A stretch of DNA of 64,000 nucleotides from Octopus vulgaris (Eukaryota), in NCBI GenBank assembly GCA_951406725.2, contig OX597823.1, forward strand, positions 49,600,001 to 49,664,000. Reading direction: 5' to 3'. Under the pieces are notes generated by a model that made no database searches, was not told the DNA's origin, and worked only from the letters and a program-made list of their open reading frames with translations. Positions 54,101-64,000 of the stretch are shown piece after piece. The first letter of the stretch is position 1; the number at the start of each line of letters is the position of its first letter. Position numbers and translations under genes: made by a program.

Positions 54101-55934
54101 ACAAACTTATATTCTACTCCTCTAAATTCTCTTTATAAGGTATCGGTCAATTTAAAGTTATAGGGTGTATGTGCCCAAAGTACTGTGCAATGAAACTGAA
54201 CTCAGAACCACACGATTGTGAAGCAAACTTCTTAACCACACACCCATGCCTATGCATGTGTGTATAATCATTAATAATCCATATATCATTACATCAGTAG
54301 CTACTAAGCTAGGTAGAAAGTACAGCAGTAAGTCAATGAACTAAGTCTGTGGCCCACTTAATTCCTATTGGGCACTGTTTTACATATATCACTCACTCCT
54401 GGGAAATACACAAACACTATGACCTTGCAAAGCCTTGCTTTATATACATGCATAATTCAATGACTATGTGAGACATATTATATCAATTAGTCAGATATAT
54501 TATAAGACATTAAGAGAGGAGGATGGGTTGCAAACCCAATATTCAGTAAAAATTTGCAAAGGGTCTCTCTTTTTAATATACCAGCACCCCAAGAAAAGAC
54601 TATTTAATTTGAGTTTCTCACTTATATAATTTGATATTATATAATTGACACTACCTTTTATCTTTTACATGCTTCAGTCATTAAACTGTGGCCATGCTGG
54701 GGCACCACCCTTCAATTTTTAGTCAAATGGTTGTTAATTATTTAAAATTTATTTAAAAAATACTAATTTTAAGCATAAATAACCTACAAGGAAGTCTATG
54801 TAGCCATTTAATTTGTAAGAAACAGCACCTAAATCTTCCTCTAATCACACCCTACAGTCCTTTTAACAAGGATACTATGGATAATGTAGTCTCCACAGTT
54901 TGAAAAGAGAAAACAGATGAAAACTGGAACACTGTCGATCCTACGCCTGTTGGTTCAAGGCTGATCTGGTGTTAAGCAACAACATAATAATAATAATAAC
55001 CCTGATGCAATACCAGACATTGGCTCTCATGGCTTCTTATCTTAACTGACTGGAAGTATTATCATGTACATATTTTGCCTTGGTGTTAAAGAAGGGTTAC
55101 AGCAAGTATCCTACTCAATACCATGTATTTGCTTGTCAGTTGATTGATCTTAACCAGTTGAGGCTAACAATATGTGCATCTCTGATCATGAGCAGAAATA
55201 GTTGGGGAGGATCATAGCCATATGTTGAGAAGAATTTTTGGGGGTTTGAATTATTTAACTCAGGAAACATGGGTGTTTCATTCAACATCCTTAAACAATC
55301 CTTATTTTGACCAGGATGGGCTACTCGACCTGAAGAAAATTCTAACTGGGCTCCACCTGCAAGGTCATGTGCTGTTTAGCTTGATACGAAATCACCATGT
55401 TGTACACATATGGTTGTGATGTATGTGTCTGATGTACCCTTATCAGACAGGTAGTCATGATGGGTATACCAGGCTTCATATATTTGTACCCCAGTTTCAC
55501 TTTGATGGCATGTGGTATTATTATTAGTAATAATAATGGTTTTAAATTTTGGCAGAAGGCCAGGAATTTTGGAGAAGGGGTTCAGTTGATTACATTGACC
55601 ACAATATTCAATATACTGAAAAAGAAGGGACATAAGCCAAGCATACAAAGGTTAAAAAAAGATGGTGGGGAGGATGATAGAGATATCGCCTTCATGATAC
55701 AAGAAGGCCTCCAGGGATAATCGAGGAACCCTTCTGTCTGAGATTTCCCTGAAACCCCAAGAGCAAGTGCCCTCTCCAATTCCTTCTCTCTGACTCACAG
55801 GTCTATACGTAGAGAGGTACCATCCACCCTTGCCATTTTCGTAAATTTCATTCACCTTTCAATAAACTCACTAGAAGACAGTACTTCCCTCTCCACTCTC
55901 ACTTTCCTTTTCAAGTGAAACTTGATGAAGTCAA

Positions 55935-56135
55935 TGGAGGCAAAATGTATTCCTGTAGACAGATGGATAGAGGAAATAAGCATAAAACATAGTTTAGTGT
56001 ATCTCCAGAAAATAGTGTTGCAATGGACAGCTAGGATACTTAGGAAGGCTTTTGGCATCTAAGGTTACTTGTTGTTAAGAATTTTTCTTTTCCAATAATT
56101 TAATCTGTTGTGCATATGTGAAATAATAATAATAA
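55935..56135 (+). mobile_element. Possible 3' end of an R4/Dong-type restriction-endonuclease LINE
   Basis: Plus strand reads LQKIVLQWTARILRKAFGI* (stop 56060-56062), resembling the LQKxxLLGTARILR terminus. (TAA)n downstream. Confidence 0.5.
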
Positions 56136-59100
56136 AACTGTCATGAAAATCATCATTTGGTTGTAACTTTTGTTCTGCTGCTTCACAAAGTGATTTTGAT
56201 TTTATTTAAGAGATTAATAGAGAAAATGATTTAGTCTAGTTATCTTGCTATTTATGGGCGTAGGTAGAATCTTTAATTACCACAAAAGATTGATCTCATT
56301 TATTCACCCAGTTTCATATATATATATATATAGATAAGTATGTAGATGTATAGACATGTATCTCTTTCTCTCTCTCCCTGTGTGTATGTGTGTATATATA
56401 TATATATATATAAATGCATGTGTGTGTTGATGTTTTCAATATTTCTGATAGACAATATTTATGGTGAGAAAAGTTCCGTGTTAAGTTGCAGATGAAGGCA
56501 AATAAAAGTAGCAATTTCCACAGTAGACCTATTTCTGACAGACACATCAAGAAAGGTGGTACAATTCAATTTGAATTGGTGGAATATGTTTAGTAAGAAA
56601 ATGGAACACATGGCTCTAGTTTGATAGAAAGTGAAAGACAAGGGAGAAAGAGATAGACAAGCAGTTTGTCAGTTTCTTTTAAGAGATAGAAGTCTCTAAT
56701 CTTAGCAATTGCAGAGGTGCGTGTGTGTGTGTACGTATATGTGTATATGTTCCTAAACTATTTAGGAACAATGGTTTACGGATTCTAAAGACAGAGCAGA
56801 ATATAAACATTTCATTTCTTTATTTCATGCATTGCATCCAAAACTGTATTATTTGATGTGTATTACCTTTGTTTTTATATATTATCTTTAGATAAGTTGT
56901 AATTTGAGAGAGATTTGGCTGTTGCTCCTAGCAGAGAGTAACCATGTGGTGGCTGAGATTCCATTATTGGCTTATTCAAAGTAAAATAGCATCTGTGGTT
57001 GGTAATTTCAGGAAGGTTAAATGCAAAGTAGTACACGTACTGCCACAAATAATCAGAATAGACTTTTCAGTGTTTCTGGATAATTTGTTGACTTAAATAA
57101 TAAGAGAATACATAGCGCATTGTGTGTGGTGGAGAATATCATGGTGTGGATAGTAATAATGAAAGCAATCATCAGAAGGTCTAATGGGAACATCATTGTG
57201 GTTATTAGGTGTCAGAGTAATTGATCAGAGCTGCAAGTTGTTAAAGGACAGGTTAAATAGATTTCGAAAAGTTGGAAAGAAGATCATGGATCTAAAGTTG
57301 AAATTATCAAGATCAAATTGTAGAGAGTGGTAAATGGTTTAACCTCCATACTAGTTAAGTTGGGAGTAGAGTGAGCAAAGCCAACAGGAGTGTTACATGC
57401 TTTGAAGAATAGCTGTGCAAATAATGCAACAACGCCTTCTTGTTATTGAATTTGTACAGAACAGATCAATTTCTATAAGACAAAACAGCAAACTATACAA
57501 AGTATAATTAATATTTCCTGTAATTACTGAAGGCTATAAACCAGTTATAAATCAAACAAAGAATTCCAGTGTGATATACTTTTGAGATGAATTACACATC
57601 TTATAGGATTTTAAGTATTAAGAGAAAAACATATTAATAAAAGTATGCAGTGTGAAATTTCAATTAGAAAATAAAACTGTTCGATATCAATTGAAAAAGA
57701 TAACATGGATGCCATTTGTAAACTAAGTTAAAAACTAAGATAAATTCCTAATTATAGCTAGATTACATACTTGTCTTAGATATTTAATGTTAATATATTT
57801 TACTCTCCCAACATTTATTTAGCTCTCTCGAAGCAGTGGAAAATGGTTTCTATCAAGATCAATGTGAACATGTCTCTTGTTATATATATTCTGCTACAAG
57901 AAGATAATATATATTAAAAAAAAAAAAGTTATTTTTCCCATTATATAAAGTTAACCTTCAAGAGTTTGTATGTAAATGTGAGGTAGTACCAAAATGAAGC
58001 TAGTAAAACTATAAAACCATGTCCAATATAAAAATAGTTAAACTTTCAGAGAAACAGAGACATACAAACAGACCAACAGATGGAGAGAGACATAGGAGGT
58101 AAACAGATAGACAAACACATAAACAGACGGATAGGCAGGCCAATGGAGAATTAAGAAGGATGGACAGAGAGAGAGAGAGGAAGTGTAAAAATTGAAAATT
58201 AGTAAAGATTCAAAATGTGTATAAAGTTAATAGAATAATTTAGTGACAACAAATTAACATGTATTAGTGAATTTACACAAAACTAACATTATTAAAGACT
58301 GCTCTCTTAACACTAAAGATGTTGCAACCATAGCTATTTAACTAGGTTATCACCAACATTTCTTTCGGCAATTATTATTATCAAAATAATCAGTTTCTTG
58401 TGAGAAAGAAAGAAAGGAAGAACTAACAAGAAAGAAAGAAAGAAGGAAATAACTTGTCCACAACTCATTAAGATTGCTGTTAAATGAAGGAAAACTGTAT
58501 CAGAGCATCTAATAATGTTTTGGTTTTACATTAACATCCAGCCTCTCATTACAAATTTATATTGCTAGAAGCATAGGCAGTTTTACACTTTTAATTTTAT
58601 AATCAATTAAACAGTGATTTAAAAGTTTCATGATAAACTAACATTTTTTGTTTTTGGATGATGAAGAATGAAAAAGAAAAAAAAAAGAAAAAACACAAAA
58701 AGAAAATGTTGCCCCTTGACAGATTTTGATTAAAACCCAAACTGACAAAGATGGATATCTGATTGCACATATACTAGTAAACAAACTAATCAAAGAAGCA
58801 ATTTCAAAGTATATTTTTAACTTAGATAAAGAGGTTGATGAAAAAGAAAAGGAGAGAGAGAGAGAGAAGGAAACTAATAAAATAGCAGTGTTGTCTATTT
58901 TATGTATATATGTGCATGCATGCATGTGTGGTGTGTATGCATGATTGTGCTTTATTTAACTGTTTACAGGAAATATTTATATAAAAAAAAACCTACGAAA
59001 TTAAAATGGATATTTTACAGTATCTTGTAAATAAATGAAGCTTAAAGATATCTTTCTTTTTACACGCACACAATATACACACAAACACCGTATGCACACA

Positions 59101-59419
59101 AAAAAGGATACACACAAACAATCCATAAACACACAGAAACAACACAAATACAAAACACACACATATACACAAATACAAAATACACACACACATACAAGCA
59201 CACACACACACACACATACATACCCACCACGACACTATCTAACTGATACTTCATTGCACCACACCAAAATATTTTCTCCAGTCTAACAATACTTATTAAT
59301 AGTCAGTCTATAGGTGCTGATACACCTAAATCTATCTCTCTTTACTAAGATTTCACTCTTGATTTCTACAACATACAGCTTCATTAACTTTCTTATCATA
59401 CTGCAATTATTAAGTAAAA

Positions 59420-60323
59420 ATAAGCTATCATACTCTAATCTCTTGGTTCCACTCACCCTCTCAGCTGACGAGTCCTTTTCTTGTCTTGCAAGGTCACAGG
59501 TGTTGGGGCCCATGTAAAAGAAAAGCATCTGTGCTGGTGTCACATGAAAAGCATCTGTGCTGGTGTTACGTATAAAGGACCTGTGCTGGTGCCACACATA
59601 AAGCACCTGTGCTGGTGCCACATATTAAGCACCTGTACTGGTACTGCATATTAAGCACCTGTGCTGGTTCCACATATAAAGCACCTGAGCTGGTATCACA
59701 TATAAAGCACCTGTGCTGGTGCCACTTATAAAACACCAGTGCTGGTTCCACATATAAAGCACCTGAGCTGGTATCATGTATAAAGCACCTGTGCTGGTGC
59801 CACATATAAAACACTAGTGCTGGTACCACATATAAAGCACCTGTGCTGGCACCACATATAAAGCACCTATGCTGGTGCCATACATAAAGCACCTGTGCTG
59901 GTGCCACATATAAATCACCAGTGCTGGCACCACATATAAAGCACCAGCACTGGTGTCACATTAAAAAGCACCAGTGCTTGTACTATGCAAAAAGCACCTG
60001 TGCTGGTACCATGTATAGAGCACCTGTGCTGGTGCCACATAAAAAAGTACTAGTGATAATACTATGCAAAAAGCACTGGTGCTGCTGTCACATAAAACAC
60101 CCATGCTGGTGCCATGTATAAAGCACCAGTGCTGTTGGACAATAAAAAGCGCCCAGTATATTCTGTAAAGTGGTTGATGTTAGGAAGGGCATCCAACCAT
60201 AGAAACCATGTCAAAACAGACAACTAGAACCTGGTGCAGCTCTGTGGCTTGCCAAATCCTGTCAAACTGTCCAACCCATACCAGCATGGAAATAGACATT
60301 AAATGACGATGATGATGATGATG
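59420..60323 (+). mobile_element. RTE-tailed non-autonomous element with expanded internal minisatellite
   Basis: Ends CCAACCCATACCAGCATGGAAA...(GAT)n like the RTE 3' end. Internal 26-bp array. Confidence 0.8.
59520..60150 (+). repeat. 26-bp tandem array, about 24 units
   Basis: Consensus TAAAGCACCTGTGCTGGTGCCACATA. Period 26 measured at 59581, 59607 and 59633. No spacers. Confidence 0.95.
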
Positions 60324-60511
60324 AACTAGTAAAATGACGTGTATGTTTGGTAAACATTTTGAGAGATGACACAATCTGTATTCACAGTCACTGCCTCATG
60401 ATGGCTAAACATTAACACAAAATGAGTTAATCATCATCAGTTAATTAATACACATGACTCTCACAGAATGGAGTCACAACTGATTCAGTCACTGAGATAT
60501 GAAAATGATTC

Positions 60512-60695
60512 TTTTACCCTTTTCTTTTAATAGTTTTAATCAGACTGTGGCCATGCTGGAGCATCACCTTGAAAAGTTTTTAGTCGAGTGAATTGACACC
60601 AGTATTTGTTTGTTTTTAAGCCTGGTACTTATTCTATCAGTCTCTTTTGCTGAACTGTTAAATTACTGGGACATCACAGTCACAAAGACACACAC

Positions 60696-60744
<49 letters not shown>

Positions 60745-60914
60745 CATATATATAATGGGTTTCTGTCAGTTTTCATCTACCAAACTCACTCACAAGGCTT
60801 TGGTCGGCTTGAGGCTATAGTACAAGGCACTTGCCCAAGGCACCATGCAGTAGGAGCAAACTCAGAACCATGTGGTTAGGAATCAAGCTTCTTACCACAC
60901 AGCCATGCCTGTAC
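60512..60914 (-). mobile_element. SINE family B
   Basis: Reverse-complement homology, internal (TA)n. Confidence 0.8.
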
Positions 60915-61846
60915 CTATTGGCTATGATTCACAGACATTCACTTCCATCTCCCTTCCTCTTTCAATAATCTTCATTCTCCTGAACCTCTTCATTACATAC
61001 TGTGCTGTCCTAAGAAATGTGCACAATGGGCAGTTGACCGGGGTCCTCAGGGCCAATTCTAATCTATGTATTGCTGTCAATAAATACTACAACACCCAAG
61101 GCACTCTTTTGCCTGGGGGCCTATATACTATTGCAAAGGCAATCTTGGTTACATACATTTTCCATCAAAGCCCACAAGACCCATTTGACTTCTTTTGTCA
61201 TAATTACTGTATTCCCACCCTCTAGGCTCTCATACTAGACACATCACCCAGAATTCTCTCTCCACACAAGATGTGCATCCTTGAGAAATCCTACCCCCAC
61301 CCACCTGGTCGCCTGCCACCACTACTGCAGCTTACATTTCTTTTGTGCAGACAAGAGCCTCAATGATTTCATGCTCAGTATCAATCTCGTTCAATACAGA
61401 ACAGTAAGGACTGCAAAAACTAACATTAGACACTTCAATACTGAAGGTGATAGTGGAGAAGAAGGAGGAAGAGATGAAGCAGAAGAAGAAAGAAGCAAGA
61501 GAAGAAGAAGAAGATCATCATTATCATTATTATTAAAATGTCCACTTTTCCATGATTGCAAAGGTCCTAAGAATTTTTTGGGGTAAGGTAGATTTTCTAA
61601 AGCCTGATGGTCTTCCTGTCACTAAACCTCAGCTGTTTCCATGCCAGCTAATATTTCCCCAAGTTCTTCAAATGGCTAGAAATGTTGTCACAAAAGGTTA
61701 CAAACGACACCACTTGTATGATGGTGATATTTGTTTACAACTAGCATCAATGTCGAGATGCACACATACACACACATGCATGTGTGTGTTTATACATATA
61801 TGTTTGGGTGTGTCTGTATATGTGTGTGTATGTGTATATGCGAGTG

Positions 61847-61892
<46 letters not shown>

Positions 61893-62360
61893 GGCACAGA
61901 TATTGCTATGTGGTAAGAAGTTTTAAGCACATGCCTGGCAGTGTGGTAAGAAGCTTACTTCTCAACCACATAGTTCTTGGCTCAGTCCCACTGCAAAGCA
62001 GCTTGCGCAAGTGTCTTCTACTATAACCTTGGGCTGACCTAAGCCTTGTGAGTGGATTTTATAGCTGGAAACTGAAAGAAGCCCATTGTGTATATATATA
62101 TATATATTATGTATATGCATGTGCATTTGTATCTATGTGTGTGAGTCTTGGTGTCTGTATTTTTTCACTCATCACCACTTGACAGCCAGCGTTGGTGTGC
62201 TTATATCTTGTAACTTTGCAGTTTGGCAAAAGAAGCCAATAGAATAAGTACCAGGCTTAAAAATTAAGTTCTGCGGTCAATTTGTTCAACTAAAACCCTT
62301 CACGACAGTGCTCCAGCATGGTAGCAGTTAATTCACTGTAACAAGTTGAAGAATGAAAGA
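61893..62360 (+). mobile_element. SINE family B with duplicated head
   Basis: TGTGGTAAGAAG occurs twice at the start, followed by a full body and tail. Confidence 0.8.
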
Positions 62361-62375
62361 ATGTATCTCTCTCTC

Positions 62376-62377
<2 letters not shown>

Positions 62378-62426
<49 letters not shown>

Positions 62427-62811
62427 TACATATATACATACAAACATACATGCATATATATACATACATATATATATATATACATACATACATATATATA
62501 TACATACATACATATATATATACATACATACATATATATATACATACATACATATATATATACATACATACATATATACATACATACATACATATATACA
62601 TACATACATATATACATACATACATATATATATACATACATATATATATACATACATACATATATATATACATACATATATATATACATACATATATATA
62701 TACATACATATATATATACATACATATATATATACATACATATATATATACATACATATATATATACATACATATATATATACATACATATATATATACA
62801 TACATATATAT

Positions 62812-62858
<47 letters not shown>

Positions 62859-63112
62859 TGCATACATATATACTTACATACACATATATACATATATATA
62901 TATACACATATATATACATATATATACATACTATATGCATACATATATACTTACATACACATATATACATACATACATATATACATATATACACATATAT
63001 ATACATGCATATAAACATTATACATAAATATATATATATATATATAACATATATACACAAATATATATATATACACATAACATATATACACAAATACATA
63101 TACATACATATT
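62378..63112. repeat. Compound TA/TACA microsatellite with 16- and 20-bp higher-order units
   Basis: Repeats of TACATACATATATATA and TACATACATACATATATATA. Confidence 0.95.
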
Positions 63113-63273
63113 TCTTATATTCTTTTACTCTTTTACTTGTTTCAGTCATTTGATAACACTGGTGGTGTGGAGAGGGGAGGCCAGTATGCATGGGCGACTG
63201 CTGGTCTTCCATAAACAACCTTGCTTGGACTTGTACCTGGGAGGGTAACTTTCCAGGTGCAATCCCATGGTCA

Positions 63274-63308
<35 letters not shown>

Positions 63309-63427
63309 TTATACATATATACATATACACATTTATACATATATACATATACACATTTATATATACATATACACATAAACATATATATACACATACATAT
63401 ATATATATACATATATATGTATATACA

Positions 63428-63811
63428 TAGTGAGAATTTACAAAAAAAACAAAAAACGAAGACGGGTGTGTAAACAACAAACAGATGTATTAGTTTAATG
63501 CTTGGGAAGTGAGAAACTCTTTTACATTTTGAGATGATGGTGTAGGTGCTGGGAAGTGGTCAGTGCTAGTATGTGCAGGGTGGTGTGATGTGGTGTCGTA
63601 TGGTGGTGTTGGGGTGTGGGGGAAGAAGGGTGTGGTCTAAGGGATGAGGTAGGGTGGGATTTTCAGAGATGGTGAGGTTGGAATGTGTAGGGGTGAGGTA
63701 ACGAGGGAGGGGTGATGATGAAGGGAGAAGGTGGGTAAGAGTGAAGAGAGGAAGTAGATGCCAGAGCAAGAGGAGAGGTGGGTGGGAGGACGTAGGAGTG
63801 AGAGTGAGTAG
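63428..63811 (-). mobile_element. Penelope-like element 3' UTR with half of a decayed hammerhead
   Basis: Follows the GIY-YIG stop and is pyrimidine/CA-rich on the minus strand. CTCAAAATGTAAAAGAG is a CpG-decayed version of CTCGAAACGTAAAAGAC at 22448-22464. Ends in TA microsatellite. Confidence 0.7.
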
Positions 63812-64000
63812 TTAGCTGAAGAGGGGAGGCGAGTTGAGCCCATATGGTGCAAAGGGATGAAGAGAGAAGATTAATCTCTGCTCATGGTGAAGATAGGTGT
63901 CCAGATGGCCCCTGTGCAAGGACAATCTGAACACAGAAAGGTGTTGTAAAGAGTGACCAGTAGAGCGGAATTGACGCGAGACCAGGGTGTCGTCACCAAG
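63812..64000 (-). pseudogene. C-terminus of Penelope-like GIY-YIG endonuclease, running off the window edge
   Basis: Hand translation of the minus strand: LGDDTLVSRQFRSTGHSLQHLSVFRLSLHRGHLDTYLHHEQRLIFSLHPFAPYGLNSPPLFS*. Matches the PLE pattern VSxHF...H...ExxxIxxLxxxxPxGLN. Not in the ORF track. Confidence 0.8.

Noticed and set aside
55600-55860. Possible RT remnants on the minus strand (YRPVS, FFNL)
   Set aside because: The motifs are too short and too close together to call.
59520-60150. CRISPR-like appearance of palindromic 26-bp repeats
   Set aside because: Units are directly tandem with no unique spacers, there are no cas genes, and the context is a eukaryotic retroelement.
61281-61586. 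101-aa ORF with acidic and basic tail
   Set aside because: The tail comes from a (GAA)n repeat, with no splice or homology support.

Overview
AT-rich, microsatellite-laden eukaryotic non-coding DNA (intron or intergenic) with no supportable host protein-coding exon. Nearly all ORFs in the track are (TA)n/(CA)n artefacts or decayed transposon fragments. The SINE/LINE repertoire resembles what I recall from Octopus genomes; this is inference and was not searched. The window holds decayed RTE-clade and CR1-like LINEs, a near full-length dead mariner, a non-autonomous Helitron, piggyBac- and hAT-type MITEs, three tRNA-SINE families and Penelope-like element (PLE) remnants, including a GIY-YIG C-terminus at the right edge. 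The most notable unannotated signal is a set of type I hammerhead ribozyme folds read directly from the sequence. Three have intact cores (14685-14767 minus, 18968-19052 plus, 29456-29524 plus) and two are atypical (22426-22463, 41074-41119). Most sit in short non-coding cassettes inserted into (TA)n. One cassette (29165-29761) is terminally redundant, about 1.33 copies of a 449-nt monomer, as expected for a retrozyme-like element copied from a circular RNA. Also present: a 99-bp near-perfect hairpin, a 77-bp long-range inverted repeat, and a PHD finger inserted inside the RTE reverse transcriptase.
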